From NCBI GenBank assembly GCA_951406725.2, contig OX597814.1, forward strand, positions 62,124,001-62,188,000: DNA of 64,000 bases, read 5' to 3'. Position 1 is the stretch's first letter. Every line of letters begins with the position of its first letter. Position numbers and translations under genes: made by a program. Positions 1 through 12,036 of this stretch are shown here, one piece after another. Origin of the DNA: Octopus vulgaris (lineage: Eukaryota). The notes beneath the pieces are model-generated. The model was not told where the DNA came from and did no database searches. It saw nothing but the letters and a program-made list of their open reading frames with translations.

Positions 1-784
1 CATTCTTTCAAGAAATTTTTCTACTTTGACCCGGCTGTAATTGAAGCTGCTAATAAACTCTCTAGATAGTTTTTGGTGTTTAACAATCAATATTCTTTTC
101 TCTGTCAATTTTTTTATCACCATAATGTCCATAATTTTCAATTTTCAAAAAATTACGTCTAAATTGGGGCAAAATGAGTAATGACTAATTTCAATAATTT
201 CTTCCCTTGAACTGCATAATGCGTGGATATATTGAGAAGAGAGTCACTGCAGCAAATCGTAAAGAAACTATAGAGAATATTTCACGTTGCGTATTTAGAT
301 TTAGTCGTGTTTCGTTAATTTCATATCATGCCATTTTTCCATTTTTCCTCTTTCATTTGATATAGATTAAAAAAAGAAATTGATGCATTTCTGATGTCTA
401 AAAACGGATATTGATGTACAGCATTTGTTGCTGTTTTTTTTTTTTTGTTGTTTTTTTCTTATTAATAGTTCGATTACTATGATTTGAGGATATTTATCAT
501 CATTTTGCTAACTTACTTTATTCATCAAGTTACAGCAAAAAGCAGCCTAGCTTTCAAATAGAGATTGAAGCCATCTTTCTGTCAGTTCTTTGACCCCATG
601 CTGATACCAGTTCTTGTCCTTCCAGGCAAAGAACTCCTTCACTGAAGCTTGCACCTTCACTTGGTTCATGAAGCTTCAACTTCCTCTTACTGCATGTACT
701 TTATATGCACTTTCTGACAAGTTGTGGTACACCTGAGCACTATATACAATAATTTCATTATTATATTATTTTAAAGTGAGCCAT

Positions 785-1725
785 GGATTATTATTTGTTC
801 CGATCAATGGCTCACTTCCTACACACGTGGTGCCTCAACGATGAGGAGGTGAAAGCGTTAATGAAGGAGTTCAATGATTAGTATGGTGTGTAACGCCACC
901 ACCAGTGGCCAAGTTGTCACTCATCTGTCTTGCTTTATGACTACGAAGATGACTCTTGAGTTCAGCTTTACTGAGGCAGAGTCTTGCACAGACATTGCAT
1001 GTCAGTATCATAGGAAGCCCCTTCCCATCTGGAAGTGTAACGGCGATGCCCTTCCTGACATCCCTCCTTACTTTCTCATGCGCAACTCGAGATTTCCCAA
1101 AAGTAGCTGTTCCCTCGTGCACAATCCTTCTCCACCTGCTACGATCAATAGCTATGCCTTCCTATGTGTCAGGAGAGATGCAAGCAAGTCTTAAGGAAGC
1201 CTTCAGCAAGTCTTCATACCTCTTTTTTGGTTTATGTGGGGGTCATTCTCCTTCAGCTAATTCTCCATAAATAAGTTGTTTTGGCATCCTTGAATCCTTC
1301 ATCCTGACCAGATGACCACTCCATCTGAGCCTTTGCTTTAACACAAGAGCTTCTATACTTTCGCACCGAGAGCCTTCCAATATTTCAAGATCACTGATGC
1401 GGTCATCCCACTTAATGCCATAGATCCGTCTGAGACACATCTGATAGAAACGTTCCAGTTGTTTAAGTTGGTATTGATATGTGACCCACGTCTCGCAGGC
1501 ATAGAGAAGAGAAGGGAGCACACATGCCTTGTACACCTTTACCTTTGTCTTTCTGCATATGTCTCGCCGACTCTAGAGGCGCCTTTCTAGTCTTCAAAAA
1601 GCATCACTTGCTTTCCTAATTCTGTATGGAATTTCATCATCCAAATTGCTATATCTATTAACAGTGCTTTCTAGGTTGACAAACTTATCAACTACATCAA
1701 GTCGTTTACCATACACATAGATATT
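785..1725 (-). mobile_element. 5'-truncated, degenerate RTE-clade LINE (RT C-terminal region plus C2H2-like end)
   Basis: Minus-strand ORFs read YKACVLPSLLYACETW...RLRWSGHLVRMKDSRMPKQLIYGEL and CNVCARLCLSKAELKSHLRSH, typical of the RTE ORF C-terminus. Frameshifts and stops are present. Boundaries are approximate. Confidence 0.88.
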
Positions 1726-1763
1726 TGGTACAGTATACTGCTTACCAGGGCTTACCACTTATG

Positions 1764-1832
1764 TACATACATACATACATACATACATACATACATACAT
1801 ACATACATACATACATACATACATACATACAT
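1764..1832. repeat. (TACA)n microsatellite
   Basis: Direct read of tandem tacatacata... Confidence 0.95.
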
Positions 1833-2164
1833 GTATATACGTGTGTGATCTACTTATATAGAATTTTGGTTTCTCTAATTCGTTTTTCTTTTCTTTTTTA
1901 TTGGCGATAGAATCATTAAACTTTTTGTTGTCACTGTGCACAAAAGCCATATCTTGTGCAAAGTATGTGCACACCGAATACTTGCTTATGTTAAATGTAA
2001 ATTTGAAACGACAAACTTGGAATTAATTACTGTATTATTTTAGGCAATTAATACTGTGCGCTCATTAATTCCAGTTGTACGCTTGTTGCACCCGCGCATA
2101 TCTTACAGTGAACAGTAACACCCTCTGTAATTGGCACTGATTTTTGTGACTTCGCCACCCTAGA

Positions 2165-2348
2165 GGATGACAATGGTAATGGTGGTGGCGGCGGCGATGA
2201 TGATGAGAAGGGGGAAGACGATGGTGATGGTTGCTATGATAATGATGGTGGTGGCGATGATGATGATGATGATGGGAGGGGGATAATCATGGCAATGATG
2301 GTTGTGATATTGATGACAAGGACGATGGTGGTGGTGGTGGTAACGATG
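2165..2348. repeat. Degenerate (GAT/GGT)n trinucleotide low-complexity tract
   Basis: gatgatgat/ggtggtggc runs. Confidence 0.85.
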
Positions 2349-2719
2349 AATTAGAAGATAGATAACATCGTTTCGTTTACTCTAACAGTTTATCAGTCTT
2401 GACCTTATTTTTGTTTAACTTTTATCAGTTAGATAGAATGCCCTTGCCTTTATTGTCCTTTACAGACCTTTTTTTTACTCTTTTTTTTATTACTATTTTC
2501 TTTTCGTCTGTTCAACTTAGTTTAAATGTTTTTTCACAATCTTAAAGTATAAGATTACAACTTTGAGGTTTCTCAAACAACTATTACTTTACTAAATTAC
2601 GTAATAAACTATATTTATAATAAAGACCTACGAAATTTCGAGAACGTATTAAAACTCCTTACTCATTAAAAATGATAAATACATCTTTTATATTCGAATA
2701 AAATATCGATTTCAAATCT

Positions 2720-3090
2720 TTGCACAAGGCCAGCAAGTTCGGGGGAGGGGTAAGTTGATTACATTGACCTCAGTGCTCAACCAGTACTTATTTTACTGAC
2801 CCTGAAAGGATCAAAGGCTAAAATCGACCTCAACTGAATTTGAACATAAAGTCGAATGAAATACCTGTTTCTTTACTACCCACAAGGGGCTAGACACAGA
2901 GAGGACAAACAAGGACAGACAAACGGATTAAGTCGATTATATCGTACCCAATGCGTAACTGGTACTTATTTAATCGACCCTGAAAGGATGAAAGGCAAAG
3001 TCGACCTCGGCAGAATTTGAACTCAGAACGTAGCGGCAGACGAATTACCGCGGAGCGTTTTGCCCGGCGCGCTAACGATTCTGCCAATAT
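2720..3090 (-). mobile_element. tRNA-derived SINE copies (Meta-domain-like core), two adjacent or nested copies
   Basis: The reverse complement contains gttcaaattc (B-box-like) and the core gcctttcatcctttc...gtcga...aagtaccagt. The same family recurs at ~10735, 15538, 23679, 28515, 30385 and 45625. Confidence 0.8.
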
Positions 3091-3580
3091 CATTAAGTAA
3101 AATATTATTGCATATTTAGAATATGCCAGACCAAAACTATTTGGATGCAGTGGTTGAAATAACAGGTTATTTCTTCATTTTAATAATTTGAGCCATCAAT
3201 AAAGTTTTTTTTTTTTAATTCTTTCAAAATCAAAAAGCAGCGCAGCACCTGTAACTATCGCAGACATATTTCACGCTCAGCATTGTTGAAGCATAAAAAG
3301 ATATGAGCTACTTGGACATCGCATTTTACAAAAATTCTAGAAATTCACCCACACTACTTTTGATGTGCTTATGTCACCTTTTCTCTTTGTGGCTCTTTTA
3401 ACGTTTATTTTTCTAATATGATTTCTTTTCTTTTTTGTTGTGGATGGTGGTGGTGGGTTATTCTGTGTACTATGCATACACTTTTAGGTATCATTGCTGT
3501 CTTTCTTTGCTTGATTTATTGCAGCATTTTTCTTGACATATTGCTGCTTTCTATCTCCACTTTTGCTCTTTTCCGACGAG

Positions 3581-3582
<2 letters not shown>

Positions 3583-3612
<30 letters not shown>

Positions 3613-3620
3613 CTTCGTGT

Positions 3621-3692
<72 letters not shown>
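3583..3692. repeat. (GT)n plus (GATA)n microsatellites
   Basis: Direct read. Confidence 0.95.
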
Positions 3693-3695
3693 GTA

Positions 3696-4969
3696 CGTGA
3701 AGTGTACTCCAGAAGGTTTGAAACTTTTTTTAGGAGAGGCAATTATAACTGTCCTGGATTGTTGCAATATCAGTTTATCGTTACTATACAACTAATAAGC
3801 TGACTAGTCAATTTTTTTTAAATTCCAGATTGAAGGAGACCGTTGTGGTAGGCACTTTGAAGACACCCTGTTAAACACTGCTTGTCACAGATGATTAGTT
3901 TACAGAATGCAGTCGGGACGAGAAGGAAATTTGGAAGCTTGCTACGCAGTAAAGTTTAGTGCTAAATTAGGCAAAAACATTACAGAAACTTATATTTAAA
4001 AAAACTCCAGGCCGCTTATGTATTAACTTGTGTATATGTATTAACTTGTGTGAGCTGATCATTTGTCCTTCGCTGGCACGAGAAGTTCAAGGTCTGTAGA
4101 GCGAAAATGAGTGACGATGAGAAGTGTGGGAGAGAAAGGAGCATCAAGAACATCAGAGCTGTTTGAGAAAATTCTCAATTTTCTGGGTGAAGACAGTCGT
4201 GTGTCTATAAAGATTAAAAGCATACATTTTGCAGTTGGCATGACAACTGTACACGGTATTATTGATGAAGATCTGAGCATGTGCAAAAGTTTTTTTCCAG
4301 GGTGTCCAGTGATGAACAGAAGGAAAGACGCATTGGTGACAGCACAGAGACGGTTGAGTCCATTACCTCCAATCCAAGAGTACTTGAATCTCAGTGACTT
4401 ATGACCAAAGTTGAATTTACTGCTATGATCCACAGACCAAAAGGCAGAGTGCCCAATGGAAGCATCCTGGATTCCCCAGACCCAAGAATGCCAGGCAAAG
4501 CAAGTCCATTGGAAAGCTCATGATGATCCCCCCTTTTTTTGCGACAGCAAGAGCATCATCGCATCCACTGGGATCCCTTTGGCCAGACAGTCAATAAAGA
4601 GTACTTTGTGATTGTTTTGAGGGAGTTCAGGAAGAGATTTCGTCGCAAAAGGCCAGAGCTTTTCCATTCAGGCCGCTGGTATTCACACTAGGATAATACA
4701 CCTGTCAACAATTCCATCCTAGTCACCAACTACTTGACAGAGACGAGCATCAAAACTGCCTCTAACGTTCTCTACAGTCAAGACCTTGGTCCCTGTCACT
4801 TTTGGTTGTTCCCTAAGAGGAAGAACCTCAGGGGCAGTCGTTTTGAAGACATCGAGAAAATGAAAGCAGCTGTTGGGGGTCCTACACACCTTCACTTCGT
4901 AGGACTATCACGGGGGCCTTCACGAAGTGGTTGGAGCGCTACAATAAGTGTATTGAAGTTAGAGGATCC

Positions 4970-4970
<1 letters not shown>
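3696..4970 (+). mobile_element. Degenerate mariner (Tc1/mariner) transposon, transposase pseudogene
   Basis: Fragmented frames include N-terminal ...YAVKFSAKLGKN and C-terminal YSQDLGPCHFWLFPK (YSPDLAPxD motif). About 1.3 kb long, ending in (TA)n. Confidence 0.85.
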
Positions 4971-5012
<42 letters not shown>

Positions 5013-5013
<1 letters not shown>

Positions 5014-5529
5014 TAGCAGTATCGCCCGGCGTTGCTCGGGTTTGTAAGGGAAATAACTATATAAGCATTTTTAGAGAGTTACTTCCTTTATAGATGCCAA
5101 TTCGGGCTTTCTTAGCCATTTCTGTTTTGGTGTCTTCAAGCCATGAAGTCGTTGTTCTAAAAGAACGCTGGTCTCCTTGACAACGCATTACGACGTTGAT
5201 TTCCTTAAACTCCCTTCCCCACAGCTTCACGAGGGAGGGAAGAAGGGGGAGAAGCAAACACAGGTGCAGGTGTTTGAGCGTGGACGCCAACTCCGCCGCC
5301 ATCGACACACGAAAAATTATGCATTAAAATGGAATAAAAAATGATGTTAAATTATTTTTTAAATCGTAGACTCATCGTAGACGCGCGCTAATAGCCAGAC
5401 AGGCTCGATATTAATCACGACTATAAGATACCCGGTTTTGGTTAAACTGCACCGCAAAATGTGGGAGGAGTTAGGAATCTAAATCGTAGGAGACAGACAC
5501 TCACACAACTACAGTTTTATATATATAGA
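5013..5529 (-). mobile_element. Non-autonomous Helitron (~517 bp), copy 1
   Basis: On the minus strand it begins TC(tatatatataaaactg) and ends with hairpin cccgagcaacgccggg followed by CTAG, inserted between A and T. Near-identical to 6770-7284. Confidence 0.85.
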
Positions 5530-5923
5530 TATATATATATATACACTGTATGTATTATGTTTTATTTTTTATAATTCGGAGTTTTTATGAAATAATTGTG
5601 GAAATATTTTGTGTATTGTCGAAGTTTAATCAATTTATTGCACAAATTTTAACAACAAAATTATATGTAGACCTCGGTTGAGAACCACCGGTGTAAATCG
5701 TTTTATCTCTAGGGTAACAGTTTTGCGCCTGTCAGATATGACAAAGATTAGAGCCCTTAATCTAATCTTCAACTTACATTTATCATACTTCCAGAAGAAG
5801 TTTGACTGAATATATTCGAGAGCTGTTTCATCTCAAACCTATTGCTTATTTTATTCAAGCATTCCAAGCTTATTATATCCATTCGTCGATATAACCATAC
5901 TTTGGAGCTTCTCAGTCTGATTA

Positions 5924-5925
<2 letters not shown>

Positions 5926-6010
<85 letters not shown>
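5926..6010. repeat. (TA)n microsatellite
   Basis: Direct read. Confidence 0.97.
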
Positions 6011-6013
<3 letters not shown>

Positions 6014-6234
6014 ACAGAAGAGCATTTTATTAGGATATAATCATGTATTTACGTTGAAGATAATGAAAAACATTCATCACTAAATCATCCAGTTAGTTGG
6101 TCATTCGGAAACAACCTTAAACTATATCCTTATTGTTGTATGAAATAGCTGAGTTAGTTAACAAAGGCATTTCACACGGAACATGATTGTGACATTGTAT
6201 TTCAAAATGTATCATAGTTGTTGCCTAAACTCAG

Positions 6235-6342
6235 TATGTATGCATGCATGCATGCATGCATGCATGTATGTATGTATGTATGTATGTATGTATGTATGTA
6301 TGTATGTATGTATGTATGTATGTATGTATGTATGTATGTATG

Positions 6343-6428
<86 letters not shown>
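6235..6428. repeat. Compound (TGCA)n(TGTA)n(TA)n microsatellite
   Basis: Direct read; source of the spurious MYVC/YIYI ORFs. Confidence 0.97.
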
Positions 6429-6430
<2 letters not shown>

Positions 6431-6769
6431 TATAAAAATTATATATAAAGAAACAAGAACGGGAATTACACAAAGGGACGAACACAAAAAACTGAAGCCT
6501 TTAATCTTCAGTCAGAAACCGGATCATCATAGCAAATTTCGGCTGAATAATCCTGATATTGCTCCGACACGGCCAGCCCCAATGAAAAACTAAGCTGCGA
6601 GCATTAGATTTCTTGGGAAAAGGAGCGAATGTAAACGAATCAAGGACAGAAAAACGGACGAAGCCACACGAATATAAATACAAAAAACAAAAGCAAAAAC
6701 AAGAATGGTAATAACAGGATAACAGCAGGTGTCTTACGACTTTAGACAAATTTAGACAAATTTAATATA

Positions 6770-7284
6770 TCTATATATATAAAACTGTAGTTGTGTGAGT
6801 GTCTGTCTCCTTCGATTTATTCCTAACTACTCCCACATTTTGCGGTGCAGTTTAACCAAATTCGGGTATCTTATAGTCGTGATTCATATCGAGCCCGTCT
6901 GAGTATTAGCGCGCGTCTACGATGAGTCTACGATTTTAAAAATAATTTAACATAATTTTTTATTCCATTTTAATGCATAATTTTTCGTGTGTCGATGGCG
7001 GCGGAGTTGGCGTCCACGCTCAAACACCTGCACCTGTGTTTGCTTCTCCCCCTTGTTCCCTCCCTCGTGAAGCTGTGGGGAAGGGAGCTTAAGGAAATCA
7101 ACGTCGTAATGCGTTGTCAAGGAGACCAGCGTTCTTTTAGAACAACGACTTCATGGCTTGAAGACACCAAAACAGAAATGGCTAAGAAAGCCCGAATTGG
7201 CATCTATAAAGGAAGTAACTCTCTAAAAATGATTATATAGTTATTTCCCTTACAAACCCGAGCAACGCCGGGCGATACTGCTAG
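6770..7284 (+). mobile_element. Non-autonomous Helitron (~515 bp), copy 2
   Basis: a|TCtatatatataaaactg ... cccgagcaacgccggg cgatactg CTAG|t, the canonical Helitron termini and A/T target. Confidence 0.88.
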
Positions 7285-7422
7285 TCTTTAGATATAAAAG
7301 TGAAGTTGTGTGTCTGTCTCCTACGATTTAGATTCCTAACTATTCCCACATTTTGCGGTGCAGTTTAACCAAAACCGGGTATCTTATAGTCGTGATTCAT
7401 ATCGAGCCCTTCTGGGTATTAG
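7285..7422 (+). mobile_element. 3'-truncated related Helitron 5' end abutting copy 2
   Basis: Starts with TC directly after the CTAG of copy 2 and repeats its first ~140 bp with differences. Confidence 0.75.
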
Positions 7423-7717
7423 ATGTTGATGTGTTTACGTCTCCGTAATTTAGCGGTTCGGCAGATAAGATCAAGAGAATATGAGTACTAGGCTTACAAA
7501 GAATAAGTCCTGGGGTCGATTTGTTCGACTAAAGGCGGTGCTCCAGCATGGCCGCAGTCAAATGACTAAAACAAGTAAAATAATAAATGAAAAGAATATA
7601 TATACATATATAGTTAAAGTTAATCCAAACAAGAAAACACAAAAAAACATAACAATGCGAGGACGTGGAACAAATATAGTATTATTGGACGCTCAGGAAA
7701 GAAGGGAAGAAGGAGGG

Positions 7718-7750
7718 TTTAACGTTTCGGGCGGAGCTCTTCGTCGGAAA
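7718..7750 (-). ncRNA. Minimal type I hammerhead-like motif with variant core (CCGACGA)
   Basis: Minus strand: uuu CCGACGA a gagc ucc gccc GAAA cg UU aaa. Stem I is uuu/aaa, loop III is palindromic (ACGU), and stem II has one mismatch. Confidence 0.5.
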
Positions 7751-7799
7751 CATAGAAGGGAAGACAGAGGAAAAAAATCGCCAACGGTACACACGAGGT

Positions 7800-7889
<90 letters not shown>

Positions 7890-8003
7890 AGGGCTTGGAC
7901 ACAATAATAAAGACACCTTAAAATTTCATACAAATTTTCAAATATAATAATAGAATTATTTTATCTCCGACAAAAACTATCTTTCCAAGGACAGTTCCTT
8001 TTT

Positions 8004-8043
8004 AACCCTGAAGAAGGGACTTGTATATCCCGAAATATTGGAT
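8004..8043 (+). ncRNA. Degenerate minimal type I hammerhead-like motif
   Basis: aacc CUGAAGA a GGGA cuuguaua UCCC GAAA uauu gg. The uauugg segment is what CpG decay of cgucgg would give. Confidence 0.5.
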
Positions 8044-8849
8044 ACATATACCACCAAAGTTTAACAAGTAACTTACTTTTAGTTTACGTTACCTCATCTT
8101 AAAATCTATTTGTATCGTTTGGCCTTTTAAATCTTTGAACGGTATATGTATTTCCGTTTATGAAATCTATCGTCATTATTTTTAAAAATAAGATCTGAGA
8201 GGCTGGGTAACTGGTCCCATTTTGAAAGGAATTAGTTTATTGATTGATAGTAATGGAAAAGAAACAATAAAGACTTGTGCACGACAGAGGAAATGATATG
8301 TCTAAAGTTTTCAGGTGCAAATTCATTGACCTGATCAATTTCTTTATAACAGGAGTCGCAGCATAAAAGCGAATGTAAATGCACTCAGTTAACAACTTCA
8401 GTAACGATGTCCCAAACTAATCAAGTAGAAACAGCATAGTTTGTTAGCCACATAATAGCGAATGTGGAGCACTTGTTTAACGGCTACAGTAAAACTGCCT
8501 CACAATTAATCTCGTAATAGCAACATAATTTTTTGAAACCACAGCTGGTGTTGATATGCATAATTGCATAAGAATACTGAATTCACTTGTTAAGACTTTC
8601 AAGCAAACCCAGTTGAGATAACTACATCTCTCATTCCATGATCTTGAAAAATCATAAATGTATTTACATAACAATGACCATTCCCTTAAGCAAGAAATCA
8701 GGTGTAGGGTTAAAATTAGAGTTGTTATCACTTATCCCTCTCTCCCCTCCTATCTCTCTGCATATATATATATATCTATACAATATGTTTTCCTCTATTT
8801 ACATAATATTGAGGTCTCTTTCTTTCTTTTGTTATCTTACCGTTTTATC

Positions 8850-8881
<32 letters not shown>

Positions 8882-9009
8882 CATGTGTGTGAGTGTGTGT
8901 GTGTGTGTATAAATATATATATATGTATGTATACACACACACACACACATATATATATTTTATATTATATATATATATATATTAAAAAGCAGCAAAAATA
9001 TCAAAAAAC

Positions 9010-9047
9010 CTGTTACTCAAACTTTCACGTTTCCTTTCATCGGACAG
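9010..9047 (-). ncRNA. Degenerate hammerhead-like motif with variant core (CCGAUGA)
   Basis: Minus strand: cugu CCGAUGA aaggaaacgu GAAA guuugag UA acag. Stem I is a perfect 4 bp; stems II and III are decayed. Confidence 0.4.
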
Positions 9048-9234
9048 TTTTGTTTGTATGTATATATATGTATATAATAAGAAAGAGAGATGCGCGCATA
9101 TATGTGTATGTATGTATGTATGTATGTATGTATGTATGTATGTATGTATGTATGTATGTATGCGTGTATGTGCATGTGTGCACTCGCATAAGCATGTGTA
9201 TGCATATGTTTGAATATACAAGCAAAAAAGCTCC

Positions 9235-9268
<34 letters not shown>

Positions 9269-9711
9269 TTCTGCTCAATACCACAGATTTGCTTGTCAGT
9301 TGTTTGACCTTAACCAGTTTAGCATGTCCCTTAGTGGCTGACGATATGTGCATCTCTGATCACGAGCAGAAGTAGTGGGGGAGCATCATAGCCATGTGTT
9401 GAGAAGGATTCTTTGGGGTTTGAATAATTCACCTCTGGAAACATGGGTGTTTCGTTCAACGTCCTTAAACAACCCTTATTCAGGGACCTTTTGAGCGGGA
9501 TGGGTTACTCGATCTGAAGAAAATTCTAACTGGGCTCCACCTGCAAGGTCATGTGCTGTTTATCTTGATATGAGATCACCATGTCGCGCACATATGGTTG
9601 TGATGCATGTGCCTGGTGTACCCTTATCAGACGGGTAGTCATGATGGGTATACTGGGCTTCGTATATTTTACCCTAGTGTCACTTTGATGGCATGCTCTG
9701 CTCGCTCACTC

Positions 9712-9765
<54 letters not shown>

Positions 9766-9783
9766 TATGATGATGATGATGAT
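9235..9783. mobile_element. ~450-bp interspersed repeat flanked on both sides by (AAT)n
   Basis: Higher-GC block 9268-9711 between (AAT)n tracts. Family not identified. Confidence 0.55.
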
Positions 9784-9784
9784 G

Positions 9785-10065
9785 TTTTCTTTATTAAACA
9801 CTAAAGATTCACAAAAAACCTTGAGGACGGTACAGGACAATACAATGTGGGGTCACATAAAAAGCGTGTAAAAAGTAAAATATTAGTAATAATATAAAAT
9901 TATAACAATGAATAATTCCCCCAAAGGGGGAACTCACAGAGTTCTCACAAAACCACGGTTGCCCTGACATGTGCCCTTTCACGCACCTTTTCACTAAATT
10001 GCTGGGAGGCAGCACTTCCCACTCTACCCTCACTTTCCTTTTCAAGTGAAACTTGAAAAGTTGAT
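9785..10065 (-). mobile_element. 3' end of an L1/Tx1-like LINE
   Basis: Minus frame ...FKFHLKRKVRVEWEVLPPSNLVKR followed by a short UTR with AATAAA. Confidence 0.55.
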
Positions 10066-10734
10066 GAGGTTAAATTACAAATTTTGTTTTTGTTGCTTAA
10101 ATCTTAGCAATGGGCCACCCTTGAGCTAAACGAAATGTGTTTTTGGGTAGAAAAATATTGCAAAAATCAATACATGTCAGAGTGACAACAAAGCGAAGGT
10201 ACCAGGTGCTGATGGGATGTGCTAGAAACAACTGCTACATCTCCCTTAAATCACACACCTTTACGTCGGAAAATATTTTCAAAATTGTTTTTCCTTTTTA
10301 CTGAAAAGGTTTCTCCTATCTTCAAAAAGTTATGTAAAAAGTAGTTTAGTGAAGTTTGTATGCCGTAGGTAGATAAGAGTCCTTGCATCACGTGCGAAGG
10401 GCTTTGCTCTCGTCCGGGATTTGGGCTACATGCTATTTTAAAATGATAATTCTTAAAAAGAGGATACTATTATCTTATTAAGTACATTAGAACCGACCAC
10501 CAAGTAGCACGCGCGCGCGTACACAAACACACCACACACACATACACATACCTATCTCTTGCAAAATTTTGATTTTGGGTTTTTTTTAAACACAATACAC
10601 TTCTTAAAAGAAAAAAAAATTGCGCTTTTTTAATTAAATTGAACTGGCAACCCCGTTCAGAATATACTAATTTGATTTTCATAAAGATTCATTTCTTAAA
10701 GCCACAGGTTGTTTAGACCAAGCTCAGTTCTTTT

Positions 10735-11105
10735 CTACTCTAGGGACAAGGCCCGAAATTTTAAGGGAGGGGACCATCGATTAGATCGACCCAGTACGGA
10801 ACTCGAAAGGATGAAAGGCAAAGTCGACCTCGGCAGAATTTGAACTCAGAACATAGCAGCAGACGAAATACCTATTTCTTTACTACCCACAAGGGGCTAA
10901 ACACAGAGAGGACAAACAAGGACAGATAAACGGATTAAGTCGATTTTATCGAACCCAGTGCGTAACTGGTACTTATCTAATCAACCCCGAAAGGATGAAA
11001 AGCAAAGTCGACCTCGGCAGAATTTGAACTCAGAACGTAGCGGTAGACGAAATACCGCAAAGCAATTCGCCCGGCCTGCTAACGTTTCTGCCAGTTCGCA
11101 GCCTT
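10735..11105 (-). mobile_element. tRNA-derived SINE copies (Meta-like core), composite
   Basis: Same family as 2720-3090. Confidence 0.8.
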
Positions 11106-11819
11106 GACCAAGCTCGGTCCTAAAAAGCAGACCTGTGAACCAAGTTTTCCAACCATGGCTATTTTCAGGCAATGTATTTATGGTTATATTGTCCAGTGTT
11201 TCCGATTTTAAAGATGGTTTCAGGGGAATCTGATGGTTATTCTAAGCAGATTAAGAGACCATATACAGGTTCCATGCAAACTCCAGTTGTTGTTTAACTC
11301 ACTAATTAAACAGTCTTATGAAGGCTAGTTATTTTTAGTTATTTTTTTAACAGTAGGATATAATTTGAGGGAATTTGGCTGTTATTTCCAGCAGGTCGAA
11401 CGACCACGTAGAGCTTCCCTTGTTATAAAAAAAAGTTTAGATTTAATTGATTTTATATATTACTAATAATCTGGAAAGGAGAAAGGCATACTGAGCCCGG
11501 CGGAATTTTAACTCCGACGTAAAGGGACGTAACTAAAAACTACAGGGGTGTGGAGTTCATAAGTCAAAGCTTATTACTCCTCCCATTTATTTTCTCTTTT
11601 GTGTTATCACTTATGTATAAAGGCGGGGGTAACTATGAATATCTCCTGTTGCTAAATTTGTGTGCATCGCGTATGAACGAAGAAAGAAAGTTGGTGCGGC
11701 AGATTTACTACCAACAATGTTCTTCACGTACACACTCACGCACACACACATATACATAGCTGTATGAGTGTTACTATAGTAATATGTATCATATACCCTC
11801 TGCCGCATGTTGGCACACA

Positions 11820-11909
11820 CATAGAGAGAGAAAGAGAGAGAGAGTAAATAGGGCTGGGAATCTTAGATGTATCTATCCTGATACGATTGAGAGCACAGCA
11901 GAGTGAAAC
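11820..11909 (+). promoter_or_regulatory. Probable GCSH proximal promoter / 5' UTR with GA-repeat and a ZNF143/SBS-like motif
   Basis: Immediately upstream of the ATG. (GA)n at 11823-11844; gctgggaatcttag at 11853-11866 resembles the reverse complement of ACTACAATTCCCAGC. TSS not determinable. Confidence 0.35.
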
Positions 11910-12036
11910 ATGGCGCTTGTTGCTATTGGACGGAATGCTTGTTCTTGCGCTGCTCGATTAATGAGCCGATCCTCACCAGTAATAACATCATTACAGAAAT
12001 ACAGACATTTCAGCCTGTCTTCTCGATCATATTCTG
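11910..12036 (+). CDS. GCSH: Glycine cleavage system H protein, exon 1 (mitochondrial transit peptide)
   Basis: aaacATGG start; MALVAIGRNACSCAARLMSRSSPVITSLQKYRHFSLSSRSYS is R/S-rich with no acidic residues; donor G|gtaagc, phase 1, matches exon 2. Confidence 0.88.

Noticed and set aside
1-360. Short minus-strand ORF (MDIMVIKKLTEKR...) at the window start
   Set aside because: About 41 codons, no recognisable motif and no clear splice signals.
6495-6595. Minus-strand ggcugg...ucagcc GAAA plus a downstream cugaaga
   Set aside because: No CUGANGA precedes the stem and no stem I is evident, so it does not form a hammerhead.
5057-7240. Duplicated 83-aa ORF MSMAAELASTLKHLHL... on opposite strands
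   Set aside because: It lies inside the two non-autonomous Helitron copies, has a non-ATG start, and shows no recognisable domain.
5842-9353. Many ORFs rich in YI/MYVC/HTYI/NNN
   Set aside because: These are translations of (TA)n, (TATG)n and (AAT)n microsatellites.
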